Source: Octopus vulgaris (Eukaryota). Taken from it: 64,000 nt of DNA. Shown here piece after piece: positions 28,221 through 41,620 of this stretch. The notes under the pieces were generated by a model. The model ran no database searches. It had not been told where the DNA came from and saw nothing but the letters and a program-made list of their open reading frames with translations. The position numbers were made by a program, and so were the translations under genes. Location: contig OX597823.1 of NCBI GenBank assembly GCA_951406725.2, forward strand, positions 77,748,001 to 77,812,000. Direction: 5' to 3'. Numbering within the stretch: position 1 is the first letter of the stretch; the number at the start of each line of letters is the position of its first letter.

Positions 28221-29171
28221 GATCACTATATGCTGAACACAAGATGTTTAGTGAGAAATTTCAGAACCCTTATCTGCCATCTATGGTATGCAAGTCCACC
28301 AAAGTCCAAGTAAGTTCTTCTTTCAAATCTAGCTTTCTACTCTTTATACACGACTTGTAGGTCAGACATCAAACTTTTTGTGCACTTTATTTGTCAGATT
28401 ATTACACACAGTTCTCAACATTCAAAACAACTTTCAGCAATCATTACTACACCTCCAATTTCCAGCAAATTACTACCTTCATTTTATGAATAAAATAAAG
28501 ACAATATTTTGTGATTTCGTAGTAAATTCTCATTTACTGTTGTATTTGTAATTGGTATTTCCATGTGAATGAACAGCTAGAAACTTTAATTTGTGTGCTG
28601 CCAACACATTTTTAACAACAAAGTCCACGTATACGTTGCTATAATATAGAATAATTTACTGCTGTCCTTGTGTGCCAATGAAACAAAATCCAAGACACTT
28701 TTGTTGCCAGGTGATAAAATAAGTCGCTTTTTGTTTGAGCATAATAAGCTGTTATTCAGCAACTACTGTGAAGCTGTAATAGATTTAATACGCTAAAATC
28801 ATCAGTGTCTTATAGCCATGAGACACTTGACTGCATTCATTGGCATAATACTATATCAACTTTATTCATAAATCTATATCATATAGGTAAACAAGGCTTT
28901 CATTTGTAATCAAATAATTGTGCATTTAAATTCATATATGCGTAAATACACATAGATAGCACACAACTGTGTATTGATGCAGTTATATTCAGGCAAATAG
29001 AAACGTCCACAGTATGTATGTACATGTGTGTATTAAGATATATATATATATTTGTAAATACATGTATAAATATATATATTATATATATATATATACATAC
29101 ACACACACACACACTCACACATACACATATATGTACATATATATATGTGGGGGGTATACATATATATTCTA

Positions 29172-29333
29172 TAGGCATACATGTAGCTGTGAGATTAAGA
29201 AGTTTGCATCTCAACCATGTGGCTTCATGTTCAGTCCCAGAGTATGACACCTTGAAAAAGTGTCTTCTACTATAGCTTCAGGTTGACCAAAAGCCTTGTG
29301 AGTGAATTTGGTTGATGAAAACCAAAAGAAACC
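29172..29333 (+). mobile_element. SINE family A head
   Basis: gttcagtccca...accttgaaaaagtgtcttctactatagc...gccttgtgagtgaatttgg. Confidence 0.8.
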
Positions 29334-30372
29334 CAAGATATCAAAGGCAGTCTCCAAACTTTTCTATCCAAAAATTTTTAAACCCACTATTTACATGCTA
29401 TTTTTAATAGCTTTATCTACTACAGTAAAAATGAAATATATACTTATATATATATATATATAGGTGGAAGCAAAATAGGTATACAAAACGGTATAAAATA
29501 ATCCAGAGAAAAAAAGAACTCAATATGATAAAATATAGTAATATCATTAAATCTATTCTAACCCGCAACTTAACAAATTGAGACAGTGTTTCATATTTTC
29601 CATCAATAAAAATATAATTCAAACTATATTACAGTTTCGTATAAAATAAAATCTATGACTAAGTATACTAATGGTATACTAATGGTATACTAATGCCTTT
29701 TGCATTAGTTGGATGAATGAGTAAAGAAAATGATATTAATTATTTTGGTATACCATTAGATGTCCAAGACTCTATGGAAATTTATAAGCTTATTAATTTT
29801 TATAGTTTACATTTATTACATAGTAAGTTGAATAATTAACAGTATGGTTTATATCAAGATGATGGCTTATTATCATTCAAAATATGAATGTCCCAGATAT
29901 AGATGAATTCAAAAAGAATTTCTTTGAGTCATTTGAAGATTACGCCTAAGAACTATATTTATGCAAATTAATACTTATATTGACAACATTATTAATGTTT
30001 ATAATTAATAGTAATAGTAAATCATCTTAAACAGTTCTCGACAGCCAATTACTTTTTTATGCGCAATTTTTTTAAATGTACTAATTGTTCATTAAATAAT
30101 TTGTCTTTCAAAATCGATGATTTATTATGCTGAAGTATTTCTTGCAACTAATTCGGTTTCTAATGACTATGTCAGATAGACAGAAAATCCAATCAATTTA
30201 AGATTTGGTCAGCACCAACTTAATCTCTGGGATCCTGAAACTTCAGTATACAACTTTGTTGAAGTTTATCAAGTTTTTAGCAACTAATAATAGTAGAAAT
30301 GATAAAATTATCTGCAAGATATTAGAATATGCTCAATTTTATCATGAAGGTAACGATGGCTATGATCTAGAT

Positions 30373-30922
30373 CAGTGCTTCTCAAAGTATCAGATGTGGC
30401 GTACCAGCAGTTTTTTTTCAATGTGCCAGGAACCAGTAATATTTCTTAGTAATATTTATTTATACCGGGTTCAGAGATTTATTATTGTTTTTAAAATATA
30501 TATTGGATGTAATAAAAGTTGGCAATTTTTTTTTATCTTTTGTAAACAGATAATACAATATTTATTTCTTTATTGCCCACAGGGGGCTAAACATAGAGGG
30601 GACAAGCAAGGACAGACAAAGGGATTAAGTGAATTACATCAACCCCAGTGCGTAACTGGTACTTATCTAATTAACCCCAAAAGGATGAAAGGCAAAGTTG
30701 ACCTCACTGGAATTTGAACTCAGAACATAACGGCTGACAAAATACCACTAGGCATTTGCCAGTATGCTAACGATTCTGCCAGCTCGCCACCCTCAAAAAA
30801 TACAATATTACATAAGCATTTTATAATGTCTTTTTCTTTTCTTGAAACTCGCCATGTACAGGCAGCTGATGACTCACAGACCAGCACCGGTCTGCGGATG
30901 ACCACCACTTTGAGTAGCACTG
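30373..30922. mobile_element. hAT (Charlie/MER5-like) MITE with nested SINE
   Basis: TIRs cagtgcttctcaaagt / actttgagtagcactg; identical 8-bp TSD atctagat at 30365-30372 and 30923-30930. Confidence 0.9.
30563..30791 (-). mobile_element. SINE family B inserted in the hAT MITE
   Basis: Reverse complement of 26799-27028. Confidence 0.9.
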
Positions 30923-31362
30923 ATCTAGATAACCCAGGGGAAAAAAGCGAATATATTGTTTCTTAGATATTCTATCTTAAACACCTGTTCAGAGGAAATA
31001 CATTTTGTGGCCACAAATTGAAATATTTGTAGAAACATTTTACAAAGTCTAATGGTCGAATACCAGACAGCCTTATACAATATTGTTACACATTCCAAAC
31101 AGACTAAAATTTTCTTTTGAAAGTGCATCTTACACTTGCTGTTTCTGACAAGATGTATTGGAATTTTTTGTAGAAATATTTCAAAATGCCTAGCAGGTGA
31201 ATGTCAACTAGTCTTGTATAATACTGTGACATGCTCCAACCAAAGTGAAAACTTTTCTATTGTTAACACACTTAATCGATATTTTTGAATTTCATAAAGA
31301 AGTATAAGATCATTTGACTCCCTTCTTTTGTTGCTTAGGAAAAATCAATACAATAAATAACG

Positions 31363-31822
31363 TGTATGTATGTATGTATGTATGTATGTATGTATGTGAG
31401 GGTGTATGTATATGCGTGTATGTATATGTGCATGTATGTATGTGTGTTTATGTACATGTGTATATGTATGTGTATGTATGTATGCATTGGTGTATGTGTA
31501 TATCTATGCATGTATGTATGCATGGGCATATGTATGTGTATGTATGTATATATGTGTATGTATATGTGTATGTATTTGTATGTATGTATGTGTGTATGTA
31601 TGTATGTGTATATGTGTGTGTATGTATGTGTGTATGTATGTGTGCATGTATGTATGTATGTGTGTGTGGATGTAAGTGTGCGTGTATATGTGTATGTATG
31701 TGTGTGTGGATGTATGTGAGTGAATGTATGAATGTCTGTGTGTATGTGTGTGTATGCATGTATCTATGCATGTACATATATATATGCATGTATGCATACA
31801 TATATGTATGTATATATGTATG
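31363..31822. repeat. Degenerate (GTAT)/(GT)n tract
   Basis: Direct reading. Confidence 0.93.
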
Positions 31823-31835
31823 TAAGCATGCTATT

Positions 31836-31995
31836 TAGTTAAGCCCTTCATTTGCTATGGATCATAGTCCCTCACTGACTTTTCTTCACTGCTCTTGACT
31901 AAGGGCTGTCTTTTCTGCTTCTCTTCAGTTGGGTTCCTGCTTTCCCAGGTCTGCCTTGGAAACCTGTCTCCTTGGGGAAGGTCTTCCTCTCCAAT
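31836..31995 (-). pseudogene. Decayed RTE-like LINE ORF C-terminus
   Basis: Minus translation RGRPSPRRQVSKADLGKQEPN*REAEKTALSQEQ*RKVSEGL*S resembles the RTE C-terminal RGRP...W.EA...A....WR..V.GL pattern with W->stop changes. Confidence 0.55.
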
Positions 31996-32349
31996 GTCTT
32001 CTTGGCTTTGACTTGTCATCGATACATCGATGATTTTGCCTTTATTCTAGCTAAGGAGTTGACCATATATAAACCCATATTTACCTCTGTGAAGAAGTGG
32101 TTCATATGAATCTTGCCTCTATTGTTTAACCTATCCAGCATGGGAGGCTCCATCAGGGACCTGCATTTCACTGACGTAGGAGAAACACAAGCTATAATGC
32201 CACATAAAGAACTCCCCCTTGTTGATGAATGCACATAAACATGTGGACACGTATGGTTGTGTATGTGTGTGGCTGTGTCACCAAATACATGTGTGCATTT
32301 GTTTATAAAGTAAACTATTAAAAAATTTTTAAATACTTGATTGAAAGTA

Positions 32350-32488
32350 CAGGCATGGCTGTGTAGTTATAATGCTTGCTTTCCAACCACATGGTTCCAA
32401 GTTCAGTCTCAATACATGACACCTTGGACAAATGCCTCTTATGATAGCGCTTGTGAGTGGATTTGGTAGTCAAAAACTGAAAGAAACT
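32350..32488 (+). mobile_element. SINE family A head
   Basis: caggcatggctgtgtagtt...aaccacatggttccaagttcagtc...gagtggatttggtagtcaaaaactgaaagaa, followed by the microsatellite holding the Penelope-like insertion. Confidence 0.82.
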
Positions 32489-32867
32489 GTGTATGTGTGT
32501 GTGTATGCGTGTATATCTATCTATCTATCTATCTATATGTCTATCTATCTATCTATCTATCTATATATATAGTTTATGAGTAACAATGAAGGGTGAAATT
32601 AATTAATTTGGAACAATTATCAATTACACCAAGTAGTCTTCGGCATGCAAAAGCCTCATTCGAGGAAAATTTAAGTAATACTAAGCAATTAAGGGTTTAG
32701 CAACGAATTGCCTTACCACACACCGAATTTAGAAATAGCAGTCAAAGAGATTATAGCTATTTCTTCTACTAAAAGGAGATCACAGTAAAGGCACAGCATT
32801 TGAAAGGCAAACACAAACAGGTAAAAGAGAATGAATTAACGGCAATCTATCATACAGTTTTAAGTCG

Positions 32868-32959
32868 CCTACGGACGTACGTTTCGAGATCAAGTCTTAG
32901 GAAAGCATAAGAATTAGATAACTCTACTTTACCCAGACTTCTTCTTTCATCAGCGCAGG
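32868..32959 (-). ncRNA. Type-I hammerhead ribozyme (copy 1)
   Basis: cctgcg|CTGATGA|long stem II|GAAAC-gtac-GTC|cgtagg on the minus strand. Confidence 0.78.
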
Positions 32960-33471
32960 ATACTAACAATCATGAATGATTGAATATTGAATTTTGAGAT
33001 ACTAGAAGGCACCAACTCAACTCAGTATCAGAGCGAGCTAGAAGCCACAGCTAGTATCACCAAATTCAAAGTATGAATGAAAGCTTGTGTCACCAGTCCC
33101 TTCCCACCCGCGTGTAGCCAAGACAAAGTGCTGTGGTCATTTACTGGGATGAATATGGTTTATGAGTAACAATGAAGGGTGAAATTAATTAATTTGGAAC
33201 AATTATCAATTACACCAAGTAGTCTTCGGCATGTAAAAGCCTCATTCGAGGAAAATTTAAGTAATACTAAGCAATTAAGGGTTTAGCAACGAATTGCCTT
33301 ACCACACACCGAATTTAGAAATAGCAGTCAAAGAGATTATAGCTATTTCTTCTACTAAACTTTGAATTTGGTGATACTAGCTGTGGCTTCTAGCTCGCTC
33401 TGATACTGAGTTGAGTTGGTGCCTTCTAGTATCTCAAAATTCAATATTCAATCATTCATGATTGTTAGTAT

Positions 33472-33563
33472 CCTGCGCTGATGAAAGAAGAAGTCTGGGT
33501 AAAGTAGAGTTATCTAATTCTTATGCTTTCCTAAGACTTGATCTCGAAACGTACGTCCGTAGG
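33472..33563 (+). ncRNA. Type-I hammerhead ribozyme (copy 2, inverted segment)
   Basis: Stem I cctgcg/cgtagg, CUGAUGA 33478-33484, GAAAC 33546-33550, palindromic ACGUACGU stem III, GUC site 33555-33557. Confidence 0.78.
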
Positions 33564-34821
33564 TGACTTAAAACTGTATGATAGATTGCCGTTAATTCAT
33601 TCTCTTTTACCTGTTTGTGTTTGCCTTTCAAATGCTGTGCCTTTACTGTGATCTCCCTTTTAGTAGAAGAAATAGCTATAATCTCTTTGACTGCTATTTC
33701 TAAATTCGGTGTGTGGTAAGGCAATTCGTTGCTAAACCCTTAATTGCTTAGTATCTATATATATATATATATATATATATGTTAATAAAATATATGCATA
33801 TATATAAACATATATGTACGTACCTACCTCTACATGTACATATACACGCATATATGTGTACAGGACACCAAAAAGACGTCGAACACATAGAGAGACGAAA
33901 AACATAGACACAAACCAAGGAACAAGACAGGCAAAAAAAAGAGAGATACAGGACAATAAGCACAATGAAAAATCCCCTTCTTATATATATATATGTATGT
34001 ATATATGTATGTATGTATATATATACACACACACACAAATAAAGCATTTGTGTATTAAGGCTACCATTGGTTTTGTGCTAAGAAAATATCTCAACAATTC
34101 TTCAAGCTGATCACACAGAAAAATTGGTGTTCATCTCCATTTCAGATTAAACATGAAACTAATGATAGCCTTAATACACAAAGAACCTTTATCCACCAAT
34201 GCTGTATTGAGCACACATCTTTATTGTTCAGCATTTACACTTATATATATGTTTCATATATATATATATTGATTGATTGATTGATTGATTGATTTATATG
34301 TGTGAGTGTGTTTATAACAATGTGTAAATCTTTGTGTGTGTTTGAGCCCCATAAGGAACAATTTTAGATTACACCAACTCTTTCATACTTTAAACGTATA
34401 TTGGTCTGATGTAACAGGTGCCAGAGGTTCAATAGTTAATTGGAATGCAGGATCTGTATGGAGTTAACTTCTTTTACACAAGTAGCTAAAGAGTAGAAGG
34501 GCTTCATCTGTCCTTGGTCAACAGGGGTGTCTGTGTATGACCTTCTCCCAGAAGCAGTTCTGTGACATTTAAATTATCCCATAGCAAGGAACCTTACATG
34601 TGCCACTGCTCTAGGTCAGAGTTGACCAGGTGTCAGAGTATACATATTTGTATGCTAGTGTGTATGTACATATGTACATATATGCATGCATAGATATACA
34701 TACACACACACACACACACACATAAATACATCAGTACATATATACATAATCAGATACACGTGTTGGCAATGGAAGCATATAGTATATCTAATAAACATGT
34801 CTACATATCAACCTACCTATA

Positions 34822-34869
<48 letters not shown>

Positions 34870-35193
34870 TAATGATCAATAACTGTATTTGTAAGTTTCT
34901 CAATGTTTCTAAGAAATCAATAAATATATATTTATATATTCTTCCCAGCTTTTAAAGAAAGACTTTGTCTGACTTCGTTTGACCTTTATCTACCTCACCC
35001 AAGAAGTTAGTGTCTGCTATGTGTACACATAACAATCAGGTGTTAAATGAAAACCATTATGCAATTTTTTCCACTATTAGTTGCTGATAACCAATGTCAA
35101 AGGACTATCGACAAAATACAACTGTCCAAGTTGCAGCTCTGCAGGTCAAAACTTGGACCATATAATTGGCTTCACATTCCATCAGTTACAACA

Positions 35194-35555
35194 GGAGGCA
35201 TAATGGCCCAGTGGTTAGGGCAGCGGACACGCGGTCGGAGGATAGCAGTTTCAATTCCCAGACCCGGCGTTGTGTGTGTTTATTGAGCGAAAACACCTAA
35301 AGGCTCTGGCAGGGGGTGGTGGCGACCCCTGTTGTACTCGTTCGCTCCAATTTTCTCTCACTCTTTCTTCCTGTTTCTTGTCCCCGACTTCCTACACAAC
35401 CGCTGACCTTGGATGTGCATTCATCCATCCGTCAATGCTCTCGGTGTTGGGGGTTGACCTGCTTTCTCTTCTGCGGGTCTTACGAATAGCAAAGGACCAT
35501 GTTTCAGACTTCTCCCATGAGGACGAAGACCACTTCGCTCAACAAACAAACAAAA
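35194..35555 (+). mobile_element. tRNA-derived SINE family C head with alternative 3' half and (CAAA)n tail
   Basis: ggaggcataatggcccagtggttagggcagcggac; matches the 2904 copy until cctgtttcttg (35380), then diverges. Confidence 0.8.
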
Positions 35556-35589
35556 TCAGTTACAACAATGTGTGTTCCAATTGATTCAA

Positions 35590-35835
35590 TCAAACAAAAA
35601 GCCTGCTCAGGAAGTCAATGTCCAAGTGGCTGAGCACTGCACAGAAACACATCAGCTTCTCACAGTTCTCAGGGAGATTTGGCATGACACAGAGTATGAC
35701 AAGGCAGGCCCATTGAATTACAGGTACAATTCATTTTTACCAGATGAATGGACTGGAACAACAGGATATAAATGTGTCTTGCTCAAGGACACAATACACC
35801 ACTGGGAAGCGAACTCACAACCTTACAATCATGAG
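35590..35835 (-). mobile_element. Degenerate SINE (reverse orientation)
   Basis: gtgtcttgctcaaggacacaa...gaactcacaaccttacaatc is a reversed tRNA head plus ccttgagcaag motif. Confidence 0.6.
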
Positions 35836-36911
35836 ACGATTCTGAGAGAGAGGAAGAGAGAAGAGGAGATAGAGAAAATGTGAATGAAAGAAAAAAAGAC
35901 AGGAAGAAAGAAATGAAGGAAGAAAGAGAGGCAGGAAGAAAGAAAGAAAAAAAGGAAGTTGTGTTGCACTGAGAAGAATAGGAGAAGCTTAAGCCCATGA
36001 AGAATGTAATTTCATCTATGGGATGGGGGGGGGTTCCTTTAATTCATATCAATACCCAGGTCTGTGATCATATATCAAAAAAAAAAAAAAAAAAATTCCC
36101 TATCCCCAATACTTGAATGAAACATATTTATTGCTATTTCAATGTGATTTGATCCCAGAGCACAGAGATTGGAAGCAAATATTACAAGTCATTCTATCCA
36201 ATGGTTTAATGACTTTGTCAACATTCTGTCTTTAATCAGTGATAACCACACTATTAATTCTATCTGCATCAATTGGCAAACTTTGGTAACAATTTCACTT
36301 GTGATTATTCCCAGTGTTTGCAGTCAACCTCTTCCCTCTCTTTTTCTATTGCAGTTGGTCTGTTGGTTTTTATTGCAATTTGTTTTTTTAGCATCAGTAT
36401 TTTTTTACTCTAGATACGAACAGAGAGTATTGATGATTTCATAGTGCTTAACAGTTTGTTTGTGCATTTTGATCGTTCCTGATAAGTAATCTATTTAATT
36501 ACATGATGAAATGATCTCAATACACACAAACATACATACAAACATACATACAGTCATACATGTACGTAAAAAAAAAAACGAACATGCACCAAAATCACAT
36601 GCAAGCATGCACACACATGCACGAAAATATACATATGTGTATACATATATATGTGTATGAATGTATGTAAGTATATAGAAATATATGTATGTTAGTCTGT
36701 GTGTATATCTATATCTATGTACATATGCATGCATGTCTACATGCCAATTTTTCTGATTTACACACATACACAAATATATACACACATACAGACATATACA
36801 CACACATATACATAGGCATATTAAGGATAAGCTAAGCATATCTTTATGTGCTCCCATAAGATTTATTGTTGCTTATATCTTTTTGTTTATTGCTTCCGTT
36901 TCTTCTTATCC

Positions 36912-36946
<35 letters not shown>

Positions 36947-37010
36947 GTTATCATCATCATCATTGTCATTATCATCATAATCATCATGATCACCACTCTT
37001 ACTATTGTTA

Positions 37011-37057
<47 letters not shown>

Positions 37058-37319
37058 TGTCTACAGTATTGACATGCTATAGTGATTGGAATGATTTCTT
37101 TTAACACAGATTTGGACATTTAAGCACTACAAATAGAAATGTCTATTTATAGTCCGTTACTCTTCCTGTTGCTAACCATGAAAGACTTGTGGCGTGAAAG
37201 TACAGTATGTTTTTTTTTTAGCCAGACAGAATCAAAGCAATATGAGAATTGTGCCTCATCTAGCGTCACAAAACAGTACAACACACATACATACAAACAT
37301 GCACACATACACACATGCA

Positions 37320-37377
37320 AGCACAAACACATACACACACACACATACACATAAACATATATATAAATGCGTGTACT

Positions 37378-37436
<59 letters not shown>

Positions 37437-37607
37437 GTATATATATACATACACATATATGTATAAATATATATGTATATGCATATACATGTATGTATGT
37501 ATATATATACATATACATACATATGTAATATATACTTATACATATATATATATATACACACATACATATATATGTATATATATATATGTATATATATATA
37601 TGTATAT

Positions 37608-37648
<41 letters not shown>

Positions 37649-37701
37649 CACACATACATATATATGTATATATATATATGTATATATATATATGTATATA
37701 T

Positions 37702-37754
<53 letters not shown>

Positions 37755-37790
37755 TACATATATATGATTTATATAGAAATATATATACAT
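37320..37790. repeat. (CA)/(TA)n compound microsatellite
   Basis: Direct reading; similar tracts at 38080-38290 and 38400-38650. Confidence 0.95.
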
Positions 37791-38176
37791 AATGTCTGAA
37801 TATGAGTAGAAGCAGCTGTCAATATCATGGACGTCTTTTTTCTTTTTATCCTTTTTACTTTTAGACTAAATATCATTCATATCAGTCTATCAAAATCTCA
37901 AGCTCACAATCACCTTGTACTTGAAATATCAATAGAATTTAAAATGAATGTCATTTATTTTTAATAAGAAAAGTAAAAAGGGAAAATGTTGCATTCGTGA
38001 TGCCTTCTTGCATTTTACCAACACAATGCCTCTAAGCCCATTTTCTCAAAACTATGCCCAATTATCATATCATGACATTCATATATATATATATCCATAC
38101 ATACATACATATATATAAATATATATATATATACATATACATATATATATATATATATATAAATAAATATATATAT

Positions 38177-38242
<66 letters not shown>

Positions 38243-38492
38243 ATATATACTCATATATATATACGTACATGTGTGTATATATATATATGTTAAAATGATA
38301 TTATTTTAATATTATTTTAAAGCACTTTAAGAATGACTTAGCATTTATTGTTCATGTGACTATATTGAGAGTAGAAGCAAATTTACTCTCTCTCTCTCTC
38401 TGTATATATATATATATATGTGTGTGTGTATATATATGTATATATATATATGTATATATATATGTATATATTTATATATGTATATATATGTG

Positions 38493-38543
<51 letters not shown>

Positions 38544-38560
38544 ATATATATATATGTGTG

Positions 38561-38591
<31 letters not shown>

Positions 38592-38592
38592 G

Positions 38593-38650
<58 letters not shown>

Positions 38651-38799
38651 ATGAAAAATGTCCTGTCTGAAGATTTTCTAATGGGAAATTCCTTAAATGT
38701 CTATATAACATGCAACTCCTGTTAGCAAATGAAATACATGTAACAGAGAGTAAATAATACCAAACTATTTCGATCCTCCTGTTTTGTTATATATACCAT

Positions 38800-39394
<595 letters not shown>

Positions 39395-40546
39395 CACACA
39401 GACAGATAAAGAGACAGACATACAGAGATAAACATATATATATTTATGTATATAAATCCAGATGGATGAACATAAATATGCACCTATTTCAGAGTGACAT
39501 TCGTTACCATTTATACAGAATTTTCATGTGACATCACCAGCATATATAATTAAGAAGAACCAATGAGATTAACTTCACATGGTCCTTGTTGCTGCTGTGA
39601 CCCCAGAAGCAGCCCCCGATTAAGTTGACTTTAGAATCAAATGCCTTCCAACCATAGCCATCCTCTCTTCTTCGTCTCAGTTGTGTTACAATCATGACAT
39701 TCTCATACAAAGTGTCCACATCAAAGACAATAGGGTAATAATTTGAGGAAGATCAGAGAGCTACTTCTAGCAGATCAAATGATCCTATAGAAGATCTTCC
39801 AGGAGATAACGGCTGAATCTCCATCAAATCCCACCTGCTTTCCAATAAGGGATAAAGAATGATACAGTACATAATGTACAGCTAGATACATAAGGTCTGA
39901 AAAGAAAGATATGCATAGTGGTTGTTACTGGAATGTCTTTGTTGACAGGTCTGCTTAGTTGGAGTGACCTGGGGCTAAATTACAATGACAGCTTTAACAA
40001 CAACAACAACAACGGCAGCCTTGTAATCGATGTCATATGAAGTTGATTTTCATGTACTGACATGCTAACCAATTATCTGCATGAAGTAAATACAATATTA
40101 ATATCTGTCCAAGTTGATTGATTGAGGTTCCTGACAACTGATAATTTATCGCTTATGTTTTTCCATAGTCTGGTACCTAAAGAAAAAAAAAAAACATTTG
40201 CATTTATCATAGAACATATAAATGCTGTAAAGCATTCCAAGAATATGTTATACATAAATACAAAGAATTATTACTGTACTCATAATTAAAAATGAATTTT
40301 AAATTGTTTCATGTTGATGAGGATGTTATTATCACATTTTTAGAAATCAAAGTTCCTTAGATTGCTTCTTAGATAAAGACAATTAATGCAAGGTTGCCTG
40401 AGCAGCATTATAGTCTCCTCGGCCAGATAAAGACCCATACAGGCTCAAAGCGCTTAAAGGATTTTGGTGCCCCTACATAGATGTAATTCAAAATATAAAC
40501 AATAATGTATCATAAAATAAATTTTAATATTTCAAAATAAAATTAA

Positions 40547-40762
40547 GGCAGCAAGCTGGCAGAAATGTTAGTACGTTGGGGGAAACGCTTAGCTGTATTC
40601 TATCTGTCTTTATGTTCTGAGTTCAAATTCTGCGGAGGTCAACTTTGCCTTTCAACCTCCCAGGGTCGATAAATTAAATACCAGTTGTATACTAGGGTCG
40701 ATCTAATCCACTGGCACCCTCCTCAAAAATGTCTGGCCTTGTGCTTAGAGTAGAAAAGAATA
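40547..40762 (+). mobile_element. SINE family B
   Basis: ggcagcaagctggcagaaatgttag...gagttcaaattc...gtcgataaattaaataccag...agagtagaaaagaata. Confidence 0.88.
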
Positions 40763-41589
40763 TTTCAAAATAAAATGTAACTAATAGTAAGATGGAAAAT
40801 TATAATTAGGGTTCAGCAAAAATTGCTTCACCACATACCGAAATTTAGAAATAGCAGTTAAATACTATTCCACTACCATAAGATATCTCCCAGACAGTAA
40901 TACTCTCAACTCACGCAGGTAGTGTATATATAATACACTACTATGTATTACACACATCTTGATTTTCTCATCTAAATACTCTTAAAAACCTACAATACCA
41001 AATATAAGATGCAGTGTTAGACAACTACTACAAGATCTGGACAATCTAAGTCAATACATTACTTTTTAATATTATATTTTGTATTATATTTTATATATGC
41101 TGGTCTTGTGCCAAAATTTGAAACCAATATTATATTTTATATAAAATATATTGATATGCAATACAAAAAAAAAATGTAAGGTAAACTATTAAAGAAACTC
41201 TCTTATATAATTTAGATTTTTCTTAAAGATGTTGGTGAAGGAAAACCTTGGCAGACTAATACAGTTACATGCGTCACTTATTTTTAATCTGGATTTTGGT
41301 GAGAAAAATACACCTGCGTGTGTGTGTGTGAGTGTGTGTACATAGTAGTTTTTAGAATATGTAGACTACATCACTGCATGCAATAAGAAGCAATTAATAG
41401 AACTGGTCTCAAGAAGCGTGTCTGGGCACCGAAAACTCTGCCTCAAACTCTCTCATCCAATGCACGTAAGCAAGGAAGAGAAGACATACAATAATGATTC
41501 TATATATGAATATACATACACATATATATATTTGTGTATATATACAAACACATGCATATACATATACATATAAACACACACACAGGTGC

Positions 41590-41619
<30 letters not shown>

Positions 41620-41620
<1 letters not shown>

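Larger units (their letters stand above)
32572..33754 (-). mobile_element. Young non-autonomous Penelope-like/retrozyme-like insertion (tandem plus inverted copies)
   Basis: 586-bp unit 32572-33157; direct repeat of its first 202 bp at 33158-33359 (1 mismatch seen); inverted copy of 32678-33072 at 33359-33754; two hammerheads; flanked by (AT)n. Confidence 0.88.

Noticed and set aside
29663-29695. (gtatactaatg)x3 as a CRISPR-like or regulatory array
   Set aside because: Simple 11-bp tandem repeat without spacers in eukaryotic DNA.
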